64,000 nt of DNA from Mobula hypostoma. Its lineage: Eukaryota. Position numbers and translations under genes: made by a program. The notes under the pieces were generated by a model, which worked only from the letters and a program-made list of their open reading frames with translations, was not told where the DNA came from and did no database searches. Positions 13,064 to 25,783 of this stretch are shown piece by piece (the stretch's first letter is position 1; every line of letters begins with the position of its first letter). The stretch is taken from assembly GCF_963921235.1 (NCBI RefSeq), contig NC_086108.1:58096001-58160000 (forward strand), read 5' to 3'.

Positions 13064-16000
13064 GGGCTTGCCTGCTGGTCGCTGATGGAGTAACAGGTCT
13101 TTCCCGGTGCTCCAAGTTTACTTCCTTTTTTGTTTCCAACCTTTTGAAATATTACTGTTAAACGTGTTATCATCTTACTATGGCTACCAAAGCAGCTTTG
13201 GAATCTATTATGGGCTTGCTTCAAAAGCTCTCTACAGACTCGCAAAAGCTTACCGAGGCGTTTCATCAGTTCAGAAAAGAAGCACGGCCGATTCACAACA
13301 AATCAGCTTTGAAGTTTAACAAATAGGTATAAAACTGGATGTTATTCAAGAAACTTTAATCGAGCATGATAAGAGGATAAAAGAGTATGAAGAGATTATA
13401 ACGATACTGGATAAGAAAACTGATGATCTGCAAAAGCTGTAAGAAAAACAATCGAAGTCTAACAGAAAACTGAGACAGAAGATTATTGATTTGGAAAATA
13501 GAAGTAGGAGAAACAACTTACGAATCTTGGGACTTAAAGAGTTAATGGAAGGAGATATTCCTAGGGAATTCTTTGCAAACCTTCTGATGGAATTGTTCCC
13601 TGATATTATACAGTCTTTACCTTTGATCGTGTTCACAGATCGCCTATTTATAGATTGACTTCTGAATCAAGACCAAGATTGGTCATTATATGCTTTCATG
13701 AATTTCAAACAAAGGACCTTTTGATTCGTGAATCCCTTCGGAAAGGTATGATTAACTACAAGGGTTAGAAGATTCGTATTGTTGAAGATTTCTCATCGGA
13801 AGTTATGGAAGAAAATGCTAAGTTTAAAAAAGTTACGGCAGAAGTTTATAGCAAAAACTTCAAGCCTTCTCTTCGCTATTCGGCTCGGCTGAGAATTAGA
13901 GTGCAAGATGGCTTAAAGAAATGGTTTCTTACAAATGAAGAGGCTTAGAAATATAACTTTTAATATTTTTCAGAATGAATAATTGCTTCTTTTGTTTGGT
14001 AAAACTGTATAAGCTTTTTTTCTGCATTTTGCTTTGTCTTGGTTGGAACAGTAATCAACCTTGAATTCTTTGGAGTGGTTCCAGCAGTTTTTTCTGGGGA
14101 GGGGGGATGATATTAGAGGGGGTAAATGTTGGCTGCCCTTTGGCCAATTTTCTCTCTTTAGGAGGAGGGAGGGGGATGGGGAGTTTTTTCTTGAACCTGA
14201 TTTGGAAATTTCGTCAACTCTGTTGCATAGTTACCATATCTCAAGGTTTATTGTTTGGGTTTAATATACATGTTTCTGATTGTTACTTTAACCTTTCCTA
14301 TAAATAGTTTTTTAATGGATCAAAGTATTAATTTACTTAGTTGTATCGTGAAAGGGCTAAATCACCCTGTGAAAAGAAATAAGATTTTTGCCTATATTAA
14401 AAAACTTAAGGTACCAATTGTTTTTCTTCAAGAAACTCATGTATGTAAATGTGACAATTCACGCCTTTTTAATCGATGGAGAGGATCTCATTTCCATTCT
14501 TTGTTTCAGGCCAAAACCAGAGCTGTTTTAATTCTTAAAAATAATAAAGTTTCCTCTGTTCAACATAAAGTAATTTCTGATACTGATGGGTGTTTTGTTA
14601 TAGTATCAGGGAAGCTAGATAACAAATTAATGGCATCTGCCAATGTGTATGTTCCAAATATAGATGACCCAGGCTTCTTTGAGCATTTTTATTTTTCATT
14701 TTTGCCAGATCTGGGTCTGTACTAATTGATGATGGGAGATTTTAATTGTTGTTTAGATCCAGCTTTAAATCATTCATCTTCTAAACTAGTGATACCAAAT
14801 AAATCAGCTGTGTTTATTAAATCTTTTCTAATGAAATGTGGTATTGTTGATGTTTGGCGTTTTTTTTCATCCAGTAGACAGGGAATATTCATTTTTCTCT
14901 CATGTCCGTCATACTTATTCCAGGATTGATTACTTTTTATTCAGAGCCAAATGATTCCATTAGTTCAATCCTGTGAATATAAAGAGATTGTTGTCTCAGA
15001 TCATGCTCCGGTGCTCTTATCTTTAAGTCTCCCTGGCCTTCTTCAAACAAACAGGTTTTGGCATTTTAATCTAACTTTGTTATCTGATAAAGATGTTTTA
15101 AAGTTTATAGAGAGACAAATTACTCTTTTTTTTTGAAGGGAATACGTTAGAGGAGACTTCTAGTCTTATCAGATGGGATGCCTTTAAGGCATATACTAGA
15201 GGACAAATTATTTCTAATACCGCAAGTATTAAGAAAAAAGCTAATAAAGGGAGAAGTGATTTAGCTAACCAGTTGAAACAATTAGACCAACAGTATGCCT
15301 TGGTTCCAGATTCTGCTTTATATAAAAGGCATGTTGAAATTAAAACTAAATATGATCTCCTTTTAACTTATCTAATTGAAACTCAACTCCTAAAAGATAG
15401 AAGTCAATTTTATATTCACGGCGACAAAACAAGTAAATTATTGGCTAATCAAATTAAAACCTTTATAGCTAAACAGCAGATTAAGGAAATACGTAAAGCT
15501 AACGGTGATAGGACAACTGATCATTTAGAAATAAATGATACTTTCAGAGAATTTTATTCTAGACTCTATAGCTCTGACTTTCCTAAGGATAACAACTTTT
15601 TAGACCAGTTAAACATTCCCACAATCTCTGTTGACAACAGAAAGCAGTTGAAACAACCTATTTCTTTTGAGGAAGTTGTCCAAGCTGTGCGCTCATTACA
15701 CTTGATGAAAGCTCCTGGTCCAGATGGATTTTCTGGAGAGTTTTATAAGACCTTTTCCTCACCGCTTATGTTCAGTTTTTTCGGATTCATTTAAGTTGGG
15801 CAGGCTGCCTCAATCTTTCTATGAGGCTTCCATTTCACTTATCCTCAAAAAGAATAAGGATTCAGTTGAATGCTCTTCCTATAGACCAATTTCTTTACTT
15901 GATGTTGATACTAAGATTCTATCTAAAGTTCTGGCCCATAGGATTGAAAATATTTTGCCATCTGTCATTTCTGATAATCAGACTGGATTTATCAAAAATC

Positions 16001-18326
16001 GTTATTCTTATTTTAATCTTCGTCATTTATTAAATGCTATCTATTCTCCTTCTAAGGAGAGATCGGAATGTGTCGTATCCCTACACGCTGAGAAGGCTTT
16101 TGACAGATTTGAATGGAATTATTTATTTAAAATTTTAGAAAAATTCAATTTTGGACCTGATTTCATTTATTGGATTAAATTACTTTATTTAGCTCCCTCC
16201 ACTAGGGTTATTGCGAATTCTCAGAACTCCAAGCCATTTAAGCTTCAACGTGGCACCAGACAAGGCTGTCTGTTGAGTCCTTTGTTTTTTGATCTAGCTT
16301 TAGAATCCCTAGCCATAGCCTTTCGAGAATCTAATGATATCACTGGTATTCTAAGGAGAGGCACTACCCACAAAGTTTCGCTTTATGCTGATGATCTATT
16401 GCTCTTTATTTCTATTGTCGAGACTTTGTTATCCCATGCGCTTTCTTTACTCTCCAGTTTTAGCCAGTTCTCAGGCTATAAACTGAATTTACACAAGAGT
16501 GATCTTTTTCCTTTGAATAACTGGATATCAACTAATTCTAACCTTGCTTTTAAAATTATAAGAAACCAATTTCCTTACTTAGGTATAAACATTACTAAAA
16601 ATTGTAAGTGCTCATTTAAAGAAAATTTTCTTACCCTGTTGAATTATGTAAAAAGGACAATATCAAATTGGTCGCCTCTTTCGTTATCATTGATGGTTGA
16701 ATTAATTCTATTAAAATGAATATTTTACCTAAATTTATATATCTTTTTCAGGCATTACCTGTTTTTATCCCTAAATCTTTTTTTGTTTCTCTTGATTCTA
16801 TTATATCATTATATTATATCATATGGAAAAATAAGCATTCTAGACTAAACAAAATTCATCTTCAGAAAGCTAAAAAGAATGGAGGGCTAGTTTTACCAAA
16901 CTTTAGGTTTTATTATTGGGCAGTTAATATACGTAATCTTACATTTTGGTTATATTACATTAATCGTGAGGATTGTCCGATGTGGTTTTCTTTAGAAGCT
17001 AACTCTGTTAATAAATTTTCTATTACTTTTCTTCTTGGATCCTCACTTCCTTTATTCCTGAGTGAGTTAACTGACAATTTGGTAATTAAACATACTATGA
17101 GAATTTGGGTACAATTCCAAAAATACTTCGGCTTATTGAGATTTTCTCTTTCAAGTCCTATTTTTCCTAATTATTTTTTAAAATCATCTATGATAGATGT
17201 GGCTTTTAAAGAATGGGATAGATTAGGTATTAAATGCTTCCAGGACTTGTTTGTGGAGGGAAGTCTCCTTTCATTTGAGCAACTGTCAGCTAAGTATAGC
17301 TTACCCGAAACTCATTTTTTTTCGATATCTACAAACAAGAGACTTTTTACGGTCTCAAATATTTACATTTCCTAAAAGTCCTGATAAGAATCTACTAGAC
17401 GTAATTTTTAATTTGAAACCTTTTTATAATGAATCTATATCTAATATTTATAATATGCTGTTGGGAATGAGAAGTGTTCCTTTAGATAAAATAAAAAATC
17501 TTTGGAAACAAGACTTAGAGACTTCAATTTCTGAGGAAACTTGAGATGAAATTTTTAAATTGGTTAACACTTCATCATTATGTGCTCACCACTCTCTCCT
17601 ACAATTTAAATAGGGCCCACATGACCAAGGATAAGTTGTCTCACTTTTATTTGAATATATCTCCTTATTGTGATAAATGTAATAATGAAGAAGGTTCACT
17701 CATTAATATATTTTGGACATGCCTGAGTCTTGAAAAATATTGGAAAGAAGTATTTCAAAGCTTCCTGGTACTTTTTAACGTAAATTTTAAGCCTAATCCT
17801 TTGACCGCTTTATTTGGTATTGCTGGAGGAAAGGATATTATTTTGGAGAAATCTGATTTGCACATTTTGGCTTTTATTTCTCTTATGGGTAGGAGGGCGC
17901 TCTGGCTTAAATGGAAGGATGAGGTTCCACCCACTCACGTTCAATGGCTGCGTGATGTGATGTCATGTTTAAACTTAGAGAAGATTCGGTGTTCAATTTT
18001 TGAATCTAATCAAGACTTTCAAACATTGTGGGAACCTTTTCTGAACTATTTTCAAAACCTTTGATTTGCCGTTAAAGCATAGATGATGGCTAATAATATA
18101 CTTTTTTTCTTTCTTCTTCTTTACTAATCAGCTTTGGTCTTGGTAGTGGGTTATGTTTTTTTCCGTATAGTAAATTTACTATATTTCAATATTATGAATT
18201 AATCAATTTGTATGAATATAGAGTAAAGAGTTTGTATGTGCGATTCAGTATAATGTATTTGATATATTTCTTTTTTCTTGAACTCTGTATTCTCCTATGT
18301 AGAAAATTAATAAAAATATTGAAAAA
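13064..18326 (+). mobile_element. Full-length decayed L1-clade LINE (about 5.3 kb; ORF1 approx. 13200-13950, ORF2 approx. 14315-18064)
   Basis: ORF1 LENRSRRNNLRILGL. ORF2 has LQETH, GDFN, SDHAPV, KAPGPDGF, YRPISLL, RGTRQGC, SLYADD and a Cys-rich C-terminus, with many stops and frameshifts. AATAAA at 18309-18314 and short A tail. TSD GGAAGTTGC(G/A)TACAGA at 13048-13063 and 18327-18342. Confidence 0.93.
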
Positions 18327-20813
18327 GGAAGTTGCATACAGATCCCCATACAGTAGTAAGGATGTGGTCTACAAATTACAATGGGAGATAGAAAATGCAT
18401 TCCAAAAGGGCAATGTTACAATAGTCATGGGGATTTCAATATGCAGATAGATTGAGAAAATCAGGTTGGTGCTGAATTTCAAGAGGGAGGATTTCTAGAA
18501 TCCCTTTGAGATGGCTTTTTAGAGCAGCTCGTGGTTGAGCCCACTAGGGGATCAACTATTCTGAATTGGGTGTTGTGCAATGAACCAGAATTGATTAGAA
18601 AGCTTAATGTAAAAGATCCCTTAGGAGAGGTGAATATAATACGAGCAAGTTCACCCTGAAATTTGACAAGGAGAAAATTGTTTGGAAAAGAACACTGGCA
18701 GGGATGATGGCAGAACAGCAATGGCTGGACTTTCTGGAAGCAATTTGGAAGGTAGAAGGTAGAGGATATATACATCCCAAAGAGGAAGAGTACGTTAAAG
18801 GAAAGATGACACAACCATGGCAGACAAGAGAAGTCAAAGCCAACATAAAAGCCAAAGACAGGGCATATAATAGAGCAAGGATAAGTGGGAAGCTTTTGAA
18901 TACCAACAGAAGGCAATTATAGATAGATAGATAGATAGATATACTTTATTGATCCCAAGGGAAATTGGGTTTCGTTACAGCCACACCAACCAAGAATAGA
19001 GCATAAATATAGCAATACAAAAACCACAAACAATCAAACAACAAAATGCAAACTATGCCAGATGGAAAATAAGTCCACTACCAGCCTATTGGCCTATTAA
19101 AAAGGTAATTAAGAAGGTAAAGATGAAAAACAAAATTAAGTTAGCCAGTAGTATTAAAGAAGATACCAAACGTTTCTTCGGATACATTAATAGTAAAAGT
19201 GAGGCAAGGATGGATATCAAACCACCGGAAAATGATTTTGGAGAGGGAGCAATGGGAGCCAAGGAAATGGCAGGCAAACTATTTTGCATCAGTCTTCACT
19301 GTGGAAGACATTAGCAGTACGGTGGAAGTGCCAAGTGTCATTGGTAATGAAGTGTGTGAAGTTACCATAACTAGAGAGAAGGTTCTTGGGAAACTGAAAA
19401 GTCTGAAGGTAGGTAAGTCAGCTGGACCAGATGGTATACACCTCAGGGTTCTGAAAGAGGTGACTGAAGAGATTCTGGAGGGTTCTTTCAAGAATCACTA
19501 GGGTACTTGGAGGCACATGATGAAGTAGGCCGTAGTGAACATGGTTTCCTCAAGGGAAAATCTTGCCTGACAAATCTGTTGGAATGCTTTGAAGAAATAA
19601 CAAGCAGGATAAAGAAAGGAAATTTGTTTGATGTGGTGTATTTGGATTTTCAGAAGGCCTTTGAAAAGGTGCCACACGTGAGGCTGCTTATCAAGCTACG
19701 AACCCATGGTATTACAGGAAAGATTCTAGCATGGATAAAGCTGTGGCTGATTTGCAGGAGGCAAAGAGTGGGAATAAAAAGAGCCTTTTCTGGTTGGCTG
19801 CCAGTGACTAGTGGTGTTCCAAAGGGGACAGTGTTGGGACCACTTCTTTTTGCATTAGATGTCATTGATTTGGATGATAGAATTGATGGCTTTGTTGCGA
19901 TGTTTGCAGATGATATGAACATAGGTAGAGAGCAGGTAGTTTTGAGGAAGTAGAGAGGCTACAGAAGGACTTAGACAGATTAAGAGAATGGCAAAGAAGT
20001 GGCAAATGGAATAGTGTTGGGAAGTTGATGTTTATGCATTTTGGTAGAAGAAATGAGAGGGTTGGCTATTTTCTAAATGGAGAGAAAATACCCAAAAAAA
20101 AACGAGGCACGATGGGATTTGTGAGTCCTTGTGCATGATTCCCCACAGGTTAATTTGCAGGTTGAGTTTGTGGTGAGGAAGACAAATGCAACACTAGCAT
20201 TCATTTCTGGAGGGCTAGAATGTAAAAGCAAGGATGTAATGTTGACACTTTATAATGTACTGGTGAGGCCTCAGTTGGAATGTTGTGAGTAATTTTGGGC
20301 CCTTATCTTAGAAATGATTTGCTGAAACTGGAGAGGGTTCAAAGGAAGTTCACCAAAATGATTCCAGGATTGAATAGTTTGTCATATGAAGGGTGTTTGA
20401 TGGCTCTGGGTATGTTTTCATCAGAATTCAGAAGAATGAAGGGTGCCCTAATTGAAACCTATCAAATGGTGAAAGGCCTTGATAGAGTAGATGTGGAGAG
20501 GATGTTTCCTGTGGTGGGAGAGTCTAAGACCAGAGGACACAGCCTCAGAATAGAGGAGCATTCTTTTAGAATGGAGATGAGGTGGAATTCCTTTACCCAA
20601 AGAGAGGTGAATCTGTGGAATTCTTTGCCACAGTCAGCTATGGAGGCCAAGTATATGTATATTTCAGGCAGAGGCTGATAAATTCTTGATGGGTGAGGGA
20701 ATGAAGGGCTATGAGGAGATGGCGATAGATTGGGACTGTGAGGATAATTGGATCTGTCATGATGAAATGGCGGATAGATTTGATGGGCCAAATGGCCTAA
20801 TTCTGCTCCTATA
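18327..20813 (+). mobile_element. CR1 LINE 3' part (continuation of 11455-13063), decayed with internal deletions
   Basis: The endonuclease frame resumes right after the TSD. RT fragments DFQKAF, SGVPKG, MFADD. CR1 3' UTR at about 20740-20813. Confidence 0.88.
18919..19090 (-). mobile_element. Short LINE 3'-end insertion with (TATC)n tail nested in CR1
   Basis: (AGAT)n followed by actttattgatcccaagggaaatt interrupts the CR1 coding sequence, which resumes at about 19095. Confidence 0.6.
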
Positions 20814-21079
20814 TGGTACTTAAATGCAGTTATTCAGACAGCCTGCCACTACTTCATAATTCATTTCCTAACATCTTCCAAAGACATTAATGTGCCACAG
20901 TATACTCCTATCTGTTGCAGTAAACTGGGAATATCTTACAGGTATGATTCTTCTATATTAGCTGTGACTGTTAGTTTGGTCAAGCTGTTACAAGAGAGCA
21001 TCAATAATAGGCTTATTATTGCACTAACTCAACTTCAGAGAAGTGTGAATCCAACATGATTTATTTCCTGTTAATACCA

Positions 21080-21213
21080 AAGGACCTTTTTGGCATGGGT
21101 GACCAAACCAAGAGCCAAAGCACAAAGCCCTGTCTCCAGCCAGCATAGCTCTCCAGGTCATTGAGGCATGCAAGTCTCCAAACCCTACAACAAGGTTGTG
21201 GTCTTCTTGGAGG
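21080..21213 (-). mobile_element. RTE-clade (Rex3/BovB-like) 5' leader fragment
   Basis: Minus strand reads accacaaccttgttgtagggtttggagacttgcatgcctcaatgacctggagagctatgc..ggtcacccatgcc, resembling RTE 5' ends as recalled. Not verified by search. Confidence 0.5.
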
Positions 21214-22176
21214 TCAGCTCCATTACACTGCAGAAGAAATTAAGTCTTGATTATTTAAGAGCCTGAATTTTATTGAGAAATGCCAGTTGTTCTGCCTGGA
21301 TTTACTGACAATTAAGTCCATGAGCACCTGAAATTTCAGTATTCATGTGAATGTAGAGGGTCCAAAATGACTCTCCCAGGCGTGGCTTAGCTTGGTTTAG
21401 TGTTAGATTTTTTTTGCAGTTTTGACTGTACTGTACGATGACCTTGACATATAGAGGGCATTGCCCAGGAATTCACCAATCAGATTGGAGCTGGCTTCAT
21501 TGAGGAAGTTGTTGATAGCTGATCCAGTAGAGTTAAGTGGGGATTTAATGACTGTATGAGCTAGGGACATGGGAGCTTTCTTCTGTGAGTAAATTCTAGA
21601 CCATTGTAACTATTCTGTAACATTTTAAGGACAATCTCTCTGTGATGCTTCCTATTTACAATCATCAAAGATTTGAGAAGCTCATGGTTTTGCTAATAGA
21701 TCTGAACTTCTCACTGTTATCATATTACTGTTTGTGGAATCTTGCTGTTCATAGATTGGCTTCCTGACCCCTGCATTGTAATAGTGACCGCAAAGAAAGA
21801 ATATTCTTGGCTGTAAGGTACTTTTGGTTACACTGAAGGTGTGAAAAGTGTAATAGAATTGCTTGACTTTTTCCAATCAAAGGTTGGAACTTAGGAAAGT
21901 AGTTTCTAATTTACTGATTCATTAATTAGATAAAATATCTAAAGCATTCTTGAAGAGAATCTTTTTTGAAAAATATCTCACGACTTTCTGGTGAACAGAT
22001 CAGGTGACCAAACGACAGCGGAAATAGACTTCTGTGATGACTTTCTTTCCTGAAATAGTTACTGACACACAAACAAATACAGTGGATTCCAGTTAATTGG
22101 GACACTTCAGGACCAGTACATTTTGTCCTAGTTAAGCAGCTGCCTCAACTAGCCAAACGAGTTAGAACACTATCAA

Positions 22177-23055
22177 TACTACTGCTGGTTGGCCGTCATA
22201 TCCGAACAGAAACCCGTGCAGGCAAAATCTTAAAGTGGAAGAGTCATTGCACGGGTTAGTTCCACTCCCTTGACCTTGGAAGTCCAGGTCTGAGTCAAGT
22301 AGACGTCACAACTGGGTTCTTTCCTGGTTGCAGTGGATGACTAAGACTTCTTCTGTGCCTCGTTATACCATTCACCTTCCACTTTCCTTCCTAGCCATCG
22401 GATCTCAGTGTAGATCTCAATCAGCCTGTCTGCCAGAGCTGACTTTGCACGCTAGGGCAGGCACGTCTCCATATCATCAGGGCAGGCACGTCTCCATATC
22501 GTCAGGGCAGGCACGTCTCCATATCGTCAGGGCAGACACGTCTCTATATCGTCAGGGCAGGCACGTCTCCATATCGTCAGGGCAGGCACGTCTCCATATC
22601 CTCAGGGCAGGCACGTCTCCATATCATCAGGGGAGGCACGTCTCCATATCATCAGGGCAGGCACGTCTCCATATCATCAGGGTAGGCTCGTCACCATATC
22701 ATCAGGGGAGGCATGTCTCCATATCATCAGGGGAGGCACGTCTCCATATCATCAGGGCAGGCACGTCTCCATATCATCAGGGCAGGCACGTCTCCATATC
22801 ATCAGGACAGGCTCGTCTCCATATCATCAGGGGAGGCACGTCTCCATATCATCAGGGCAGGCACGTCTCCATATCATCAGGGCAGGCACGTCTCCATATC
22901 ATCAGGGCAGGCATGTCTCCATATCATCAGGGTAGGAGACCCACTGGCTACCCTCGCCTGGTTTAGGCCGCCTATCAAAGCGGTGTACTGAGGTGTGGCC
23001 ATAGTCGCATGCAAACAGCCACAGGTGAGAGCTGAGTGTCTGGTGGGGACCAAGG
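22177..23055 (-). mobile_element. Non-coding, probably RTE-derived non-autonomous retroelement nested in the Tigger-like element
   Basis: GC-richer block interrupting the Tigger sequence, with a structured end at 22950-23055 and a short (TAG/CAG)n-like end at about 22177. RTE assignment is recalled similarity. Confidence 0.45.
22454..22932. repeat. Minisatellite, 19 x 25 bp (AGGGCAGGCACGTCTCCATATCATC)
   Basis: Units counted directly at exact 25-bp period, with substitutions but no indels. Confidence 0.97.
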
Positions 23056-24059
23056 ATAACATTTAAGATAATTGTCAAGGTCTTCAAATTCTTCATAGGT
23101 CCTAACTTGTTGAAGTAGTGGAAGCATTTGATTTTCACTCCCAGTCATTTCTGGCATTTCCAAGTCTGAATATTTGAAACGGCAGTTCTGAATTGTCTTA
23201 CTGCTTATTTCTGGCCAACTATCAATGATAAATATCATTGCTTTTTAAACACAAACACACACAACTGATGTGTGTGACACATGCAAACTGTTAACTCAAG
23301 CATAGCATTGTGTCAGCACACAACTGATGTTAGTTAGAAAAGTTAACAACAGTCTCCAGCCCTAGTTAAGTGGCATATTCTCCCAAATAAACAAAGGGAA
23401 TCCTGGCTATTTTCTCAGTTAGTTTTTGTTTTGTAAGAGTTGTCCAAATAAGTGGCTGTTGTGATGGCCCAATTAAACAGAATCCACTGTAGCCGTTTTA
23501 TTTGTGGTTCCTGCAAGTACTTCAGCGGCAGCCAGCCCCAGGACAATTAAAGCCTAACCTAATTCAGCACTGCTAACAAAGAAAGAGGGGAAAAAGTAAT
23601 GATTTCTTTTTACCTAAATAACAGTCTAGAAATTTGTGTGCACATTTCGGAATGAAAATACTAAATAGCCACAACTTGGATTGTGTCTTTTGAAATCTGC
23701 ACACACTAAAGTCCTAGGAAATATTTTTCCACCTAGATACAAGATGAAGGAATGAGGCACCAACATACCCTGAGCATATTGAGTCTTGCCTGTAATTTCT
23801 CATCCTCCAAAATTAAGGAGATTGAATCACTAGATGGCAAATGGTACCTGTGAGCCATATTAGTCAATAGTTGTTAAATGAGATTGTCTTCGTTGATTTC
23901 CCATGGAATATACAGTATGAGTTCAAACCTTAAAAGGAGAAAAAAAGGACAATTTAGATATTATTCATTGTAATATTTATCATGATGGTATATTTTATAT
24001 ATATACACACACACACACACACAATATTTTTTGTATTTTGTTTTGTATATTTCTAGTAG

Positions 24060-24184
24060 ATTTCCCTTCAGACAGCGATAGCTTCAATCCAACCTTGTGG
24101 GAAGAACAAAGGCAACAACGTATGCAAGTTGCTTTTGAGTTTGAAGAGAAGAAAGAAGACGAGGAAGCTTCTGGCAATGTCAAG
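24060..24184 (+). CDS. LRRC7: LRRC7 exon (125 nt, phase 1 to 0)
   Basis: ttctagtag|AT TTC...GTC AAG|gttatt. Translates (D)[41 protein letters not shown]. Confidence 0.95.
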
Positions 24185-25061
24185 GTTATTGCTGATAGCA
24201 CTTACTTTATATTGTAAATTTTGCCAAAAATGAAGCTGCAGAAATTCATCGGTACAATTTTTGGGCACTAGCATCTTATTGCATTGGTCTCTAATGCTGT
24301 TTTTTTTTAATTTTCAAAATTTATCAACACCCTTTGAAAAGCAGTTTTCATAGAAATGTGCAGCGCAGAAATTTCAAAGAGGCCTTTCAACCCACTTTGT
24401 CACTGAGGACTATGATACTTATTTCTTTCTATATTTCTATATACTTTTGGATAGAAAGCCGTAGACGTAATCTCTTTTAAACAATGTTATTTTATTTGGC
24501 TCCACCACCGTCTCCTTGCTTACATACACAGTTTAGTTTTTTTAGTTATGGAGTTTAACTCAGTCTCTAGTTTGGGCTGAGTAATCTGATTTTGGCTTAG
24601 CTGCTGAGAAGAAACCTTACAACTAAATTTCAACGCTGTCAATAGTTCAAAAGTGGATTAAAGAAGCATTATTCACTACTGCTGATATTACTTTCATTTA
24701 TTATTAAAATTTACTCCTGCTAATTGGACTCCAAACTGAAGGAGGAGTTGTGTTGAGTGTCATTGAAAAAGTTTTTCCTACAATTTCTTCCCTGCCACAT
24801 ATTTATAACTGATAAATATAGCATGGGTAAGTTAGTAGGCAGCTGCTTGCATCCCAACTGATTCAGATGAAAATTGGTTGAAAGTGTGATTACTTTGATA
24901 GTACGAGGAAGAATAGTAATGTATGCTGTAAAATGAACACAGATTCATAGAGAGAAAGCAATAGGCTAGTTGTATTTGTAATGTTGATGGCCACCTGTAA
25001 CCTTATTGAATAAAGAAGTTTCAAGTCAATTACATTTATTTGTTTCAATTTTCCCTTTCAG

Positions 25062-25262
25062 GCTGAAATAAATCTTAAGCGCTATCCTACCCCTTACCCA
25101 GAAGACCTGAAAAATATGGTGAAATCTGTTCAGCACTTGGTAGGAAAACATAACCATGAAGGATCTACAGAAAATTCAACAGGTGCCACAAGTATAGAGT
25201 ATGCTATAAAAGAGAAATATGAACATAAGTGGCCAGTACCAACAAAGGAAGCTACACTTGAG
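25062..25262 (+). CDS. LRRC7: LRRC7 exon (201 nt, phase 0 to 0)
   Basis: ttccctttcag|GCT...GAG|gtaatc. Translates [29 protein letters not shown]...[18 protein letters not shown]. Confidence 0.95.
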
Positions 25263-25671
25263 GTAATCAATGAAATTTTAAAATAATTTAATCTCTATTC
25301 ATCATTCAGGTTTATCTGTTGATTTATCTTTCATATTATTTTCTTTGCTAGTTTGCTAAATTCTGCCCATGGGCAACCAATTGAATGGGGTGTAAGCATG
25401 CCATCAAACTCACTACAAAGCCAGCTGTATTGTCAAATGACCACATTTCTTACCTGCTTTGGATACATTAAAAATTCCTCTAGTATTCATTGTCTAATGA
25501 GATGCAATAACAGCTTGGATAAAGTTGTGGAAACATACTACACCTCAGGGAAATGCTAGAAGAAAGAATTAAAACGATAATAAAAACAAAGTAACAGTAG
25601 AAGCCACAGGCAAGACTATATATTGCATCTACTCATTTTCTTGAAAAATCTGCTTCATTTGTCTTCCACAG

Positions 25672-25783
25672 AGATCATTAGGTGATTCGCCAAATGATTT
25701 GAGAATGGGAGAACTGCGACTTGCACTTACAGATACTCCGCTATTCAAGCCCAAAGCTGTCCTGTTAGGTAAAGAGAAGAAAG
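25672..25783 (+). CDS. LRRC7: LRRC7 exon (112 nt, phase 0 to 1)
   Basis: gtcttccacag|AGA...AAA G|gtatgg. RSLGDSPNDLRMGELRLALTDTPLFKPKAVLLGKEKK aligns with mammalian NEMRIGEL..ETPLYPPKLVLLGKDKK. Confidence 0.9.

Larger units (their letters stand above)
22080..23489 (-). mobile_element. Non-autonomous pogo/Tigger-like DNA transposon
   Basis: TIRs CAGTGGATTCCAGTTAATTGGGAC and GGCCCAATTAAACAGAATCCACTG match 20/24, with TA on both sides. Minus-strand transposase C-terminal remnant DSWPEISSKTIQNC at about 23060-23240. Confidence 0.85.

Noticed and set aside
22454..22932. CRISPR-like array or repeat-protein ORFs (22328-22966, 22713-22991)
   Set aside because: Units are contiguous with no unique spacers and there are no cas genes. 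The ORFs arise because the 25-mer has no + strand stop codon.
22454..22940. Minus-strand CTGATGA..GAGAC in most minisatellite units as a tandem hammerhead
   Set aside because: GAAA is absent, there is no stem II, and 25 nt is too short for the fold.
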